In this document: piece after piece, positions 48,724 through 58,914 of the stretch
Numbering within the stretch: position 1 is the first letter of the stretch
Layout of the letters: every line of letters starts with the position of its first letter
From: Candidatus Hadarchaeota archaeon
Lineage (GTDB): Archaea > CAYQAE01 > CAYVLA01
DNA: 64,000 nucleotides
Reading direction: 5' to 3'
NCBI GenBank assembly: GCA_964621445.1
Contig: CAZUNO010000005.1
Coordinates: 89,338 to 153,337 of the forward strand
Position numbers and translations under genes: made by a program
Notes under the pieces: generated by a model
What the model saw: the letters and a program-made list of their open reading frames with translations, nothing else
What the model was told of the DNA's origin: nothing
Database searches by the model: none

Positions 48724-49173
48724 ATGAAATCAGCTCTCGTTCTCCTCCCCTCATTTTTCTTTTTGTCAGCATTTGTACTCGTCGGGAATCTTCATTCTGG
48801 AAGCATAGCCCGGCTGGAGGCCGAGGCCAACGGCATCTCTCTTCAGATGAACGCTCTTTCCACCAACATGTCCCACGCAATGCAGATGATGGCCTCCAAC
48901 GCTGAGATGAACGTCTCCCAGGACGACTATCTGGAAAAGGCCAATCAACGTATGGATTCTCTAAGAAGGAGACTTGAGACCACCTGGTCGGTAATGGACC
49001 GGGAAAAAATCGCCAAGGCCCGATGTGAAGCCCTAGCCATCCTCCTCAGGCAGGTGGGAATAGTATCTGCCGCAGGGGGATTCCTCTTCATATGGCACGC
49101 GAGAAGGGAAATGGGTCCCTACTGCCTAATCTCATTAGCTTTGCTAATAGCCATAGGAGCGGTTGCAATTTGA
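48724..49173 (+). CDS. Membrane protein with coiled-coil loop
   Basis: N-terminal TM, helical segment, two C-terminal TMs; ATG 5 nt after the previous stop. Confidence 0.6.
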   Translation: MKSALVLLPSFFFLSAFVLVGNLHSGSIARLEAEANGISLQMNALSTNMSHAMQMMASNAEMNVSQDDYLEKANQRMDSLRRRLETTWSVMDREKIAKARCEALAILLRQVGIVSAAGGFLFIWHARREMGPYCLISLALLIAIGAVAI

Positions 49174-49802
49174 GATCTCGATATGTCGTCCTGATGATGA
49201 TACTGCTTCCAATATCGGTAACCAATGCCGCTCGAATAGAGGAGTCCATCATACTCCATTCCCCTCAGGATGCCACCGTTAACCTGAAACTTATCGGGTT
49301 TACCAATCAAAGCCTGGCCCTGAACTGGCCTCTGTCTCGCTCCCAGATTATTTCCCTGGAGGGAAATGGAATACTTATCCCGGATGCGGAGAAGGTGCGC
49401 ATGGTATTCTCGGGTCTGGGAGAGGAAACGGTAGTGAACCATTCCTTCCGAATTAGATTAACCCAGGGCCAAGGAAGCAGGGTGTTACTTCCAGTGGCCA
49501 AGCCTAACTTGACCACCTCCAGAAATAGCCTTGAGGCGGTTCTGCCCCCTAACTGGACCGCCATATGCCTTGATAACCAATGTGAAAAGAGTTACCAACA
49601 GGAATCGGATAGGATCGTTCTCATCTGGGAAGATGTGCAGGTGGACCAATGCACGGTGAAACTAGTAAAGCCCGGACCTGATAATTCAGAGCTTGTTTCC
49701 AGGATGAGCTGGATGCTTCTAAGAGGCTACCTTTTCCTGATCATGGCGGCTGCTCTAATAATTGCGGGCTCAATCATGGGGTGGCGATTAGTCACCGAAT
49801 AA
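49170..49802 (+). CDS. Secreted beta-sandwich protein with C-terminal TM anchor
   Basis: TTG overlapping the previous TGA; signal peptide, sequons NQS/NHS/NLT/NWT, C-terminal TM. Confidence 0.6.
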   Translation: MRSRYVVLMMILLPISVTNAARIEESIILHSPQDATVNLKLIGFTNQSLALNWPLSRSQIISLEGNGILIPDAEKVRMVFSGLGEETVVNHSFRIRLTQGQGSRVLLPVAKPNLTTSRNSLEAVLPPNWTAICLDNQCEKSYQQESDRIVLIWEDVQVDQCTVKLVKPGPDNSELVSRMSWMLLRGYLFLIMAAALIIAGSIMGWRLVTE

Positions 49803-49863
49803 GCCCTAAACTCCACCAAGTTCCATTGCCCGCCCGGACGGGAACCGAAAAGCCTTATATTCA

Positions 49864-51231
49864 ATGAACTCAGGATCGCTCCTGATCTCATTGGCGGAAA
49901 AAACAAACCTCCTTCTTATCGGCATCGATAGCTTGAGGGCGGACCATATGAGCTGCTACGGATATGACCGCCTTACAACCCCACATCTCGACGACCTGGC
50001 ATCCAAAGGGGTTCTTTTCGAAAACGCCTACAGTCCCTACATCCCGACCACCCCCGGGTATACCACGATGCTCACCGGCACGGATGTGATGCGCCATGAG
50101 ATGGTGAGCCTATCACCCAAGGGAAAAATAGATCCCAAAATCAAACTTCTACCAGAGATACTCCGGGAAGAGGGGTACAAATCCGCCTGTATAGGTTTTG
50201 ACACCGAGTTCTACCGGGGTTTCGACACCTATGAGGGCTATGATTCCTGGATGTCATGGGAGGGGGCGCCGGGACACAAGGCGGAGGCACTGAACGAGAA
50301 GGCCATACCCCTTCTCGAGAAACTGTCGGATGGCCCCTTCATGCTCTTTCTTAGACACATGGACCCTCACGCACCCTATCTCCCGCCGCCCCCCTTCGAC
50401 TCCATGTTCTATGACCGGGACCCGTGCGGGGCTTCGGAGAACACCATGAAGCATGTCTTTGATTTTGAACCTTTCGCCGACTTCTTCAAATCCTGGATGC
50501 CGCCGGGCATAAGGGACATAGAATGGGTAGTCGCCCATTACGATTCCTCCCTGGCCTACATGGACGCCTGCATACGGATTATTCTCACCCGACTGGAGGA
50601 GCTAGGAATCGCGGATAGAACCCTCACGGTCATTACTGCGGACCACGGGGAGACGCTTACCGAACATGACATCTACTTCGATCATCACGGTCTCTACGAA
50701 CCCACGATTCACATTCCATTGATCTATCACCTGCCCGACAAGTTGCCCATGGGGAGAAGGATAGAGGGATACGTCCTACAACAGGACCTGACCCCGACAG
50801 TTCTTGAGATAATGGGATTTGACGAGAAAAAGGCCGGGACTAATTTCGATGGTAAGAGCGTAATGCCCCTGGTGCGGGGAAATAGAAAAACCAATTATTC
50901 CGAATTCTATATCACGGAGTGCACCTGGATGAGGAAACGGGGTTGGAGGACACCTCACTACAAGCTGATAGAAGCATTGGAACCGGACTTTCATGGAAAG
51001 CCTGAACTCGAACTCTATGACCTGGTTGAGGACCCAGGAGAAAACAGGAACATTGCATCTGAGAGTCCCCAAGTGGTATCGATGCTTAGGGAAAGAATGA
51101 ACTTATGGAGGAAAAAGAGGATGGAGGAAACGGGCAAGCCGGACCCCATCGAGGGTTATGAAATAGGGCTTGACCGGCGAATTGGCTCTATAAGCAAGGC
51201 CAGGGACCTCCAGGCCGCTGGAGATGAATGA
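49864..51231 (+). CDS. Sulfatase-like (AlkP superfamily) hydrolase
   Basis: IDSLRADH, TPHLD, DPHAPY, ADHGE, ELYDLVEDPGE; nucleophile motif PTTPGY. Confidence 0.9.
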   Translation: MNSGSLLISLAEKTNLLLIGIDSLRADHMSCYGYDRLTTPHLDDLASKGVLFENAYSPYIPTTPGYTTMLTGTDVMRHEMVSLSPKGKIDPKIKLLPEILREEGYKSACIGFDTEFYRGFDTYEGYDSWMSWEGAPGHKAEALNEKAIPLLEKLSDGPFMLFLRHMDPHAPYLPPPPFDSMFYDRDPCGASENTMKHVFDFEPFADFFKSWMPPGIRDIEWVVAHYDSSLAYMDACIRIILTRLEELGIADRTLTVITADHGETLTEHDIYFDHHGLYEPTIHIPLIYHLPDKLPMGRRIEGYVLQQDLTPTVLEIMGFDEKKAGTNFDGKSVMPLVRGNRKTNYSEFYITECTWMRKRGWRTPHYKLIEALEPDFHGKPELELYDLVEDPGENRNIASESPQVVSMLRERMNLWRKKRMEETGKPDPIEGYEIGLDRRIGSISKARDLQAAGDE

Positions 51232-51285
51232 AACCCAGGTAACAGATAAGTACCAGTTTGGCGGCGAAATGCTGGCGAGGTTAAA

Positions 51286-52407
51286 ATGGAACTCTGGATG
51301 CACGGCATCTCATCCGAAAGCCCCCAGGATTGTCTTAGTCGGCTTAGGGAACTTGAATTCTCGGCGGTGGTACTTGGAGCCAATAAACCAAATATCGAGG
51401 CCTCGAAACAAGCGGGTCTCGATACCTACGTGTGCACCGGCACCTTCTCCCGCTCAGAGGATTTCAAGGATGAGAGATATCTGGCGCACGACGTGGAGGG
51501 GAAGCCAAGGGAATGGTTCGGGTCAACCTGTCCAAACGTTGCAGGAGTGAGGGAGGAAAACATCTCCAAGATAGAAAAGGTCCTCGGTGAGACCAAGGCG
51601 GATGGTCTCATGCTGGATGGCTGCCGGTTCGCATCCCCGGCATCGGGGCTGGGGGCACTGTTCACCTGTTTCTGCCCCCGCTGCCGCAGGAAATCGGAGG
51701 ATATGGGCTTTCATTTCTCGCGTATGAGAGATGATGCCAGGAAGCTTTACAGAACCCTTGCCGACGGGCGTCTGGGGGAAGCACCCCGCCTAAACCCCTT
51801 CTCACTGCTTTCGGAGATAAGCCATCTGCCCGGAATCGCGGATTGGATGGCTTTTAGGAGGATGTGTGTGATTGAGCACTTCCAAAACGTCGCTGATATA
51901 GTGCACGAGATGGGTGCCGAAATGGGAGGGTACATCTTCACCCCCTGCCTTTCACCAATTGTCGGCCAGGATTACGCCGATTTGGGCAGCATATTGGATA
52001 TCGCCTCGCCCATGATTTACAGGAACTACCCCCAGGACCCAGGCCCCGCCTGCCTGAATAAGGAGACCGCCGCACTGGTCACCTACCTTCAAAGAGGCGG
52101 CCTACCCGATGAGGAAGCTTCCGATTTCATAAACCGGTTCCTGGGTCTCGAGGAGCACGGTAAATTGACCCGGGAAATTGCCGATTCGACCACGCTTAAA
52201 TCCGTGGAAAAGGAATTGGAACGGTCATCTCAACTGCTAGAGGGAGTCCGAAAACGAATTCCCATACTCTACCTTGGCGACGAGCAGGTAGAGAAATCAA
52301 TCAAGACCGCCAGCAACTTGGACCTGGAGGGCGTGGACTTTTTCGTCTATAAAGATGAATGGGACTCCACCGTGGAAAGGATTGGTACGAACTATTCCCA
52401 GAAATGA
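51286..52407 (+). CDS. Glycoside-hydrolase-like TIM-barrel protein
   Basis: DGLMLDGCRF, CFCPRC, GQDY, SPMIY pattern. Confidence 0.6.
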   Translation: MELWMHGISSESPQDCLSRLRELEFSAVVLGANKPNIEASKQAGLDTYVCTGTFSRSEDFKDERYLAHDVEGKPREWFGSTCPNVAGVREENISKIEKVLGETKADGLMLDGCRFASPASGLGALFTCFCPRCRRKSEDMGFHFSRMRDDARKLYRTLADGRLGEAPRLNPFSLLSEISHLPGIADWMAFRRMCVIEHFQNVADIVHEMGAEMGGYIFTPCLSPIVGQDYADLGSILDIASPMIYRNYPQDPGPACLNKETAALVTYLQRGGLPDEEASDFINRFLGLEEHGKLTREIADSTTLKSVEKELERSSQLLEGVRKRIPILYLGDEQVEKSIKTASNLDLEGVDFFVYKDEWDSTVERIGTNYSQK

Positions 52408-53659
52408 AACCCACGATGCTATCTTGAGATCATTAACTTGGGCCCATACACAGGCTTTTATCCTCCTGCTGTCCATCCTATTATTTTTGCTATCTCCGGT
52501 AGATTGCAAGGAATTGAAGAGGGACCCGGAGACCGGAATGATCCGCGTCCTCTACATAGGGGCACCCTTCATGACCAGTCCCTATCAAAATTTCAGGATG
52601 GACCCCCTTCTTATACCAACTCCCATACAGGCAAATCAGTACGCATTGCCCATGTCCTGGGTGAAGAAGGCCATGAGAGTATATATGCCCAGAACCCTGG
52701 AGTCCATGGTCTCTGAGTATGACGTGATCGGTATCGATGATGCAAGCTGGGCCGTATTCAGGTCAAAGACCATTTATTGGATGTCACAGGGATGCACTGA
52801 TGCAGGCATGGGCATGTTTATGGCGGGCGGTTTTGAGTCCTTTGGCGGAAACGTTGGCTTTCCCTCCTGGGGAGACACCGTGCTTAGCGAGGTAATGCCC
52901 GTGGAGTGCATAAGGGGTCAGTACCTTGAGTCCGGTCCCAATGTGGTTACCGACTTCGATGACCCCCTTATCAGCAGCCTTCCCTGGGATGATTACTCCA
53001 GGTACTCGGTGTTCTGTGGATACAATCTGCTAAGTACAAAGCAACAAGCCCACGAGATCTCGCATATACGCAAGAGCAGCGGCAACCATCCCTGTTGGGT
53101 CTGGTGGGATGTTGGAAAGGGGCGTTTCTTCGCCTCTGCCGGTGGATTTCGGGGCGTATCGGGTTGGTGCCAATTCTATAACTGGGATCACTACTCGGAC
53201 TTCGTATGCAACCTGCAGTATTTTCTTGCCGGGTTAACTCCTCCCTCAGATCTGGAACTACTTGATGCAACCAGAGCCGCCTTTGAGGATGTATACAATC
53301 AAAGACAAATTTTGATATCCACCCTAGATTTCATAGCCAAATTCAACGCAGATACCCGGAAGGCGGATCTCAAGGTCGAGGAAGCTCTCAATTCACTGGA
53401 AAAGGCCAGGGAAAGCTTTGCTGATCTTGAACTCTCCAGGAGCAAGGAGCTGGCCGAGATTTCATATGAAAAGCTAGAGGAGGCTTACCATCTCGCTCTT
53501 GGGGCCAAGGACGATGCCATTTTTTGGATATTCGTTACGGAATGGCTAGTGGTGTCCGGAACCAGCATGGTATGCGCATTCGTAATATGGACCCTCATGG
53601 TTCGCAGAAGACTTTACAAGGAGACTGGAATAACCAGAGGAGGGCACAGAATTGCCTGA
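52355..53659 (+). CDS. Secreted GATase-like-fold protein with helical stalk and C-terminal TM (paralog of 57661-58914)
   Basis: Signal peptide, GMFMAGGFESFGG...WGDT..EVMPV, C-terminal EWL..GTS...W.LMVRRRLYKE; true start probably further downstream. Confidence 0.7.
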   Translation: MNGTPPWKGLVRTIPRNETHDAILRSLTWAHTQAFILLLSILLFLLSPVDCKELKRDPETGMIRVLYIGAPFMTSPYQNFRMDPLLIPTPIQANQYALPMSWVKKAMRVYMPRTLESMVSEYDVIGIDDASWAVFRSKTIYWMSQGCTDAGMGMFMAGGFESFGGNVGFPSWGDTVLSEVMPVECIRGQYLESGPNVVTDFDDPLISSLPWDDYSRYSVFCGYNLLSTKQQAHEISHIRKSSGNHPCWVWWDVGKGRFFASAGGFRGVSGWCQFYNWDHYSDFVCNLQYFLAGLTPPSDLELLDATRAAFEDVYNQRQILISTLDFIAKFNADTRKADLKVEEALNSLEKARESFADLELSRSKELAEISYEKLEEAYHLALGAKDDAIFWIFVTEWLVVSGTSMVCAFVIWTLMVRRRLYKETGITRGGHRIA

Positions 53660-54479
53660 CCGGAGGCTCATCGGCCTTTTGGCCATCGCTCTGGTGGTGT
53701 CCACGATATTGGTAGGGGTAATGTTCAGTGTGGAACCAGAGGATGATATCCAGTTCCTGGCCTCAAGGATGCCCAAGGTTATTCGATGCTCTGAGCAGGC
53801 GGAGAGGACCCACTCAGTTGACTTCATGGTTACCAGGGAAACGCCACTGGCCATCGTACGCTGCATGATGTTGGTCAAACGCCCGGACCTACCCCGGGAG
53901 CAATCATGGACGGACATGGGATTGGAAGCCAGAGAAAAGATAGAGAGTTTCCTCACCCAGTTTGAGGAAAGACTTTCCATTTCTCCCATATACCGGCGCT
54001 ACTTGATAGAGGACGCCTCGGGTTTAAAGTACGAGGTTATGGATATCAGCAGGACACTGGAAGCTCTGGGAGGGAGCAACGCCTTGGGTAACTGCTTTTC
54101 CGTCTATGCCTTCCGGGAGGATGCAAATGGCGATATCTCCTTCTATCGTGGCAAGAGGGATTTCTTCTTCAATGGAGATAAGACCCTGAAAAAGATAGAA
54201 TACTCCTACTCTGGTAAAACCAGGACCTACGTCTCTGGTCTCGATAATGAAGGTACAGAAATGCCAATGGCCCAGGCCCCGCCTGGAAGGATCAAGATCG
54301 GGAATATGACATCGGGAGACCGATTCCACCTGGAGGTAGTATTTGACACCCAAAACTTCCCTCCCTACGCCATTATCTCCGAGACACCTTACTGTCATAA
54401 AGGCACAATGAGAATAATCACCATACAAACCGGCGAGGAGGATCCGGCGATAAAAATTGACTTCACCGAGCCAGATTAA
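53652..54479 (+). CDS. Membrane-anchored hypothetical protein
   Basis: N-terminal TM; overlaps neighbours in an operon-like run. Confidence 0.6.
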   Translation: MPDRRLIGLLAIALVVSTILVGVMFSVEPEDDIQFLASRMPKVIRCSEQAERTHSVDFMVTRETPLAIVRCMMLVKRPDLPREQSWTDMGLEAREKIESFLTQFEERLSISPIYRRYLIEDASGLKYEVMDISRTLEALGGSNALGNCFSVYAFREDANGDISFYRGKRDFFFNGDKTLKKIEYSYSGKTRTYVSGLDNEGTEMPMAQAPPGRIKIGNMTSGDRFHLEVVFDTQNFPPYAIISETPYCHKGTMRIITIQTGEEDPAIKIDFTEPD

Positions 54480-55722
54480 CCACAGGAGCGGCAAGGAAAT
54501 TCTCCCATATTGGAAATCAACCGAATACCTGATTCGGACGGGAATTATAGCATTGGTCCTTTTTCTAGCTGTCGAGGCTGCATCTGCCGCCGATAGTCAG
54601 GCCGTTTCCAGAGATCTATCATCTCAACTGCAAAGATATGGCCCAGGCAACCCCGAATCTGACCAGAGGAAGACGGCTTTGTTGAACCTTCACGGGTTCT
54701 TCATGAACGACACCCTAGAGGTCCCCAGGGAGATCACCAAGGGGTTCATATCCACCGCTCTATCCGAGATAGCAGGTTCCTCCACACCCACTCCTAGCGT
54801 GTGGTATATCTGGAATATGGGTTATGTGGTTAAGACCAGGAACTACATATTGGGATTTGATCTACCCGAGGTACTGCTACAACCTCTTAATGAAGAACAG
54901 ATAGGATTACTCGCCCAAAGTGTGGATTTCTTTTTCGTCTCTCATATGGATAAACCGCACAGGGACCTGGACATCGTATCGGAGATGAGATCCTCGTCCA
55001 GCGTGGTGTGTCCTCAGGAGGTGGTCGAGAGTTTTGACCTGGTGGCCGATCGGGAATGCGAGGTTATCGGCATGGAAGCTGGTGGAAAGCTGAACCTCCA
55101 AGGGGTCCAGATTAGTGCCTATCCCGGCGATGATGGGCGAGGAACCCCCATGCGCTGCTTCCTGGTTCAATGCGACGATCTACAGGTACTCCATCTTGGC
55201 GATCAGCATTATGTTGAGGATTGGATGCAGGGCTTGGCCCCCGACGTGCTGATGATAGGACCTCTTGAGGAGTTTTCCTGGGTCACCCAGGCGATCGAGG
55301 CGGTTAAGGCTGACTACATCCTTCCGGGAGGATTTTACGATATGTCACATCCAAAAAACACCTGGGATGGTTACCCTTATGCCTATGACCTCAGGAACTC
55401 CACCGATCTCGAAGTGATACCCCTCTTCTTTGGGGAGAGATTCAAGCCAGCCCGACCCAGTGGAGATGCACCATTCCCGTATTTAATTGGTTTCTTGGCG
55501 GTCATTTTGGTGGGTGGAATTGGTGGCCTCCTGATCTATCACAGATATCCCGGCGGTCAGCGGGAAGAGGGTAAGATGAAGAAAGAGGAGATGAAGAAAG
55601 AGGAAACGGCATCCTGCCAAAAGAGGTATGTTGAGAAGCTCTGCCTGACCTGCAAGCATTATTCGCTTAAGGGAGGCCGTCCATTCTGCAGGAAGTATGG
55701 ATTCTACCTCCAGGAGGACTAG
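54457..55722 (+). CDS. Secreted MBL-fold protein with TM and C-terminal Cys4 tail
   Basis: WYIWNMGYVVKT, FVSHMDKPH, LHLGD; TM; C..CLTC..C tail. Confidence 0.7.
   Translation: MTSPSQINHRSGKEILPYWKSTEYLIRTGIIALVLFLAVEAASAADSQAVSRDLSSQLQRYGPGNPESDQRKTALLNLHGFFMNDTLEVPREITKGFISTALSEIAGSSTPTPSVWYIWNMGYVVKTRNYILGFDLPEVLLQPLNEEQIGLLAQSVDFFFVSHMDKPHRDLDIVSEMRSSSSVVCPQEVVESFDLVADRECEVIGMEAGGKLNLQGVQISAYPGDDGRGTPMRCFLVQCDDLQVLHLGDQHYVEDWMQGLAPDVLMIGPLEEFSWVTQAIEAVKADYILPGGFYDMSHPKNTWDGYPYAYDLRNSTDLEVIPLFFGERFKPARPSGDAPFPYLIGFLAVILVGGIGGLLIYHRYPGGQREEGKMKKEEMKKEETASCQKRYVEKLCLTCKHYSLKGGRPFCRKYGFYLQED
55574..55603 (+). repeat. 15-bp in-frame tandem duplication
   Basis: agatgaagaaagagg x2, encoding MKKEE twice. 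Confidence 0.8.
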
Positions 55723-55738
55723 CGCTCTGGGAAGGGAA

Positions 55739-56776
55739 TCAAATCTCCTGGGCTGCCTGATTTAAAGCATTGTATATTGGGGCCACCTTTTCGATCTCAA
55801 AGGGATCAAACTTGGCTGAAGATGCCGCATATATCCAGACGTGTCGGTAGGCCTCGAAGAGCCGCTCGAATATGGGAACGAAATCGTCTGCCATCCTCCA
55901 GGGAGGATCGGGACCGGCGTAATCCCTCATCCAGCCATTTAACTCACCACAATCCCTATAGGGAGCCACGGTTCCGCCCAGCTGGAAGGCACCCTTGAAT
56001 CTATCCATCAGGGGGCGGGCCATGGTTTCCTGTTTTGCGATTTTATCTTCCAACTCACCTATGGACTCAAAATAATATCCTATTGCCGTTTCTCCCCCGT
56101 CAATCACCACAACGTCCATATCGTCCTCCAGAATTTTTTCCAGGAATCCTGGATTAACGTAGTTTACGGTTCTGGTCAGCCCCTTGCCTTCAGGTGTCCG
56201 GTATTTTTCCCGGTAGGGATCGAAGAAGAGCTGCCAGATCTTTGCCGCTGGATATTCCTCTCCAGTGATAACAGCCATCTCCCGACCCAGATCCCGTAGT
56301 GATGCCAGGACCGTCTCCAGGTCCTCGTTCCTCCTCTCGGCGACCCAGGCCGGGTTGTATGCATCTTTGTTGTTATATACCTCAAAATCCGCCACAATGC
56401 CAGGTGAGCCCATTTCCCTGGCCAGACGAAGTGCCAGTCTCCAGGTGGAAAGGAAATCGCTCCTAGTCCCCATCTGATCATCGAGGTCCGGACCTCTAAT
56501 ACCGGAGAAAAAGGGTCCTCCCTTTCCTCGTTTCTCCCCTCCCACCAACCTGTTGATAAATACCCAAGGCCAGATGTCGAGGTTGTCCTGGCCGATAACA
56601 TCGATCGTGGATGCGTATTCGCTGTATTCGGGTATCTCTTCCGTGGAGTAGGCGGAAATGATCGCCGATGCTGCTCCATCAAATGGAGTTTGCTCAATTT
56701 GGTGAACATCTTTCCTTTCCCAATCTGACAACAGAGGGTTTCTGAAACTCACCAATAGTAGATGCTCCGGTCGCAA
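55739..56776 (-). CDS. Hypothetical TIM-barrel-like protein
   Basis: PFDG, GIVADFEVY, IDGGE, YRHVWIY pattern. Confidence 0.55.
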   Translation of the reverse strand: MRPEHLLLVSFRNPLLSDWERKDVHQIEQTPFDGAASAIISAYSTEEIPEYSEYASTIDVIGQDNLDIWPWVFINRLVGGEKRGKGGPFFSGIRGPDLDDQMGTRSDFLSTWRLALRLAREMGSPGIVADFEVYNNKDAYNPAWVAERRNEDLETVLASLRDLGREMAVITGEEYPAAKIWQLFFDPYREKYRTPEGKGLTRTVNYVNPGFLEKILEDDMDVVVIDGGETAIGYYFESIGELEDKIAKQETMARPLMDRFKGAFQLGGTVAPYRDCGELNGWMRDYAGPDPPWRMADDFVPIFERLFEAYRHVWIYAASSAKFDPFEIEKVAPIYNALNQAAQEI

Positions 56777-56858
56777 GGTTTTACCCTCCGGAATTGTGGT
56801 TTTCTATCTCTAATCTATTATCCCTGACGCGATGATCAAAAATCGGAAGTTTTCGCCT

Positions 56859-57617
56859 TCATAGCCTTTCCTTTACCTTTTCCAAAGCGGAGAGGGCACT
56901 CCTTTCCATGAAAGATGCATCGTTATCGATTGCGCAGAACCTGAAACCTCTTCCTAGCGCATCGCATATGGTATCGTTAGTGCAGTGCATTCCGGGGGCT
57001 ATCCCGTTGCTCTCACAAACCTCAACCACACGGTCCAGAGTGCCCTGGAATTCGTCATCTTCCCATGGAGGAGGGGTGCCAAACCCCAGGTTCACGGATA
57101 GGTCCCAGGGGCCGATAAAACAGGCATCGATTCCGGGGACTGAGGCAATGGAATCGAGGTTCTTCAGTCCATATCGCGTCTCGATCATGACCACCACCAT
57201 TATCTCCTGGTTCGCGGTTTGGACGTAATCAGGGTCACGTAGTCTCGCCCTTCTTGGGCCGACTCCCCTTATGCCCTCCGGCGGGTACCGACAGGCCTTG
57301 ACCGCTTCCTCTGCCTCACTTCTCGATGATATCATGGGCACGATTATGCCATATGACCCAATATCCAGGATGCGTTTGATTAGCACCGGATCATTCCACC
57401 TCAGCCTTACTAGAGGCACGCATTCCGCTGAATATGACATGGCCTGCATCATGGTTTGAACCGTTTCAAGACTCATCGGGCTGTGCTCTATATCAAATGT
57501 CAACCAGTCAAACCCTAGATCGGCCAGCCTTTCAGATACATCTGGATGACCGATTCCAACCCAGGTACCCAGGGAGACCTTCCCAGAATTCAGCTTGGCC
57601 TTAACCGGGTTCCTCAT
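56859..57617 (-). CDS. HpcH/HpaI (2-keto-3-deoxy sugar acid) aldolase
   Basis: FDWLTFDIEHS, LDIGSYGIIVPMI, RYPPEGIRG, MIET, FIGPWDLS. Confidence 0.93.
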   Translation of the reverse strand: MRNPVKAKLNSGKVSLGTWVGIGHPDVSERLADLGFDWLTFDIEHSPMSLETVQTMMQAMSYSAECVPLVRLRWNDPVLIKRILDIGSYGIIVPMISSRSEAEEAVKACRYPPEGIRGVGPRRARLRDPDYVQTANQEIMVVVMIETRYGLKNLDSIASVPGIDACFIGPWDLSVNLGFGTPPPWEDDEFQGTLDRVVEVCESNGIAPGMHCTNDTICDALGRGFRFCAIDNDASFMERSALSALEKVKERL

Positions 57618-57660
57618 AGCAGGTGATAATTTGGAGCGGTCTTTTCAAGCTTTCCCTATC

Positions 57661-58914
57661 TCAGTAATCGGTTCTCTGACTTTCGCTTCTGGTTACTCCG
57701 GCCTCTCGGTACAACTTCCGCCTGATCATCAGGGCCCAGATAACTCCACCGGTTATGAGAGAGGTGGCTGCTACCGCAAGCCACTCGGCAACATAGACCC
57801 AGAGCAAAGCCTGGTCCTTCAGCTTCATGGCATCCTCGGCGAGCATATTTAGCTGCTGGATCACTGACTCCATCTGGGAATATGCCTGGTCAAACTCCGT
57901 TCTCATGTAGAGGTCGTCGGCCAGATCCTTTTCATCGTCCAACTCCTCCAACTTCTCGTATATATCTGCCGTGTTGGCCCCGAATTTCTCGGCGAAGTCA
58001 AAAACCGATATCACCGCTGACTTTTCCTGTTGATAATAAACAAGCCGGTCCCTCAAAACATGAACTTTCATTCCATCGTCGGGAAGCTTTCTATGGTCCC
58101 CTCTCCATATGACGTTGGTGATGATGTCTATGGCGAAGGGGTTCTCATTCGTTCGCCAGAAATCATCATAGACCATGTCCATGAAGGTAAAGGTGATAGC
58201 TTCACCGTACTCCCACTCAAATATATGGGGCGTGAAACCCGGTCGGGGGGACCCGATTTCCTTTAATCCACTCCTGATCCAGGTGTGAACCTTGGACCCG
58301 GGCTTAGGAATCGTGGGAAGCCCACCATAGCTCGGAAATAGCTTTTCCAGCTGTTCCTCGAAGGGCCATGCGACCGGAGGTAAGCTCTGATCGTCCTCAA
58401 CTACCAGGGGGCCACTGGGCCAGAAGGCCTGTTTTCCATAGACATCACACCTGGTGACCGCATATGCGTCATTGGGGAAGGCCTCGGAGAGAATGCTATC
58501 TGCCCAGGGCCCTGACCACCATGGTTGCATGCTCATAACGGATCGAGTATTCACCCCTCCAAGACCGTGCTCCTCCATTGCCTCGTACATCCATTCGGCC
58601 TTCTGATCGCTAATGAACTTCATATCGACCTGTGCCAGAAATAGAAAATCAAAGGTCAGAAGGCTATCAAAGGTCCTAGGAAAATAGACCCTCATAAGGC
58701 GCCTCACGTCACTGGGGGTCACGTCCCCGGAAGCTCGGGTAGGGACTATTAGGCCGTCGATGGAAGGCTCAATAAGAATCCAATTCTTAACATGGGGCAT
58801 ACCAGCGGCCTTCCCTGTCCCGATGATTTGAACCGGTTCCATGGGCTCCTGACCAGCACAAATAGGAAATAGTACCAGTATTATGACCGCTAGAACCTGC
58901 TTTTTATGCAACAT
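57661..58914 (-). CDS. Secreted protein with helical stalk and C-terminal TM (paralog of 52355-53659)
   Basis: Signal peptide, MRVYFPRT, FAEKFGANT, EWL..ATS...WALMIRRKLYRE. Confidence 0.7.
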   Translation of the reverse strand: MLHKKQVLAVIILVLFPICAGQEPMEPVQIIGTGKAAGMPHVKNWILIEPSIDGLIVPTRASGDVTPSDVRRLMRVYFPRTFDSLLTFDFLFLAQVDMKFISDQKAEWMYEAMEEHGLGGVNTRSVMSMQPWWSGPWADSILSEAFPNDAYAVTRCDVYGKQAFWPSGPLVVEDDQSLPPVAWPFEEQLEKLFPSYGGLPTIPKPGSKVHTWIRSGLKEIGSPRPGFTPHIFEWEYGEAITFTFMDMVYDDFWRTNENPFAIDIITNVIWRGDHRKLPDDGMKVHVLRDRLVYYQQEKSAVISVFDFAEKFGANTADIYEKLEELDDEKDLADDLYMRTEFDQAYSQMESVIQQLNMLAEDAMKLKDQALLWVYVAEWLAVAATSLITGGVIWALMIRRKLYREAGVTRSESQRTDY

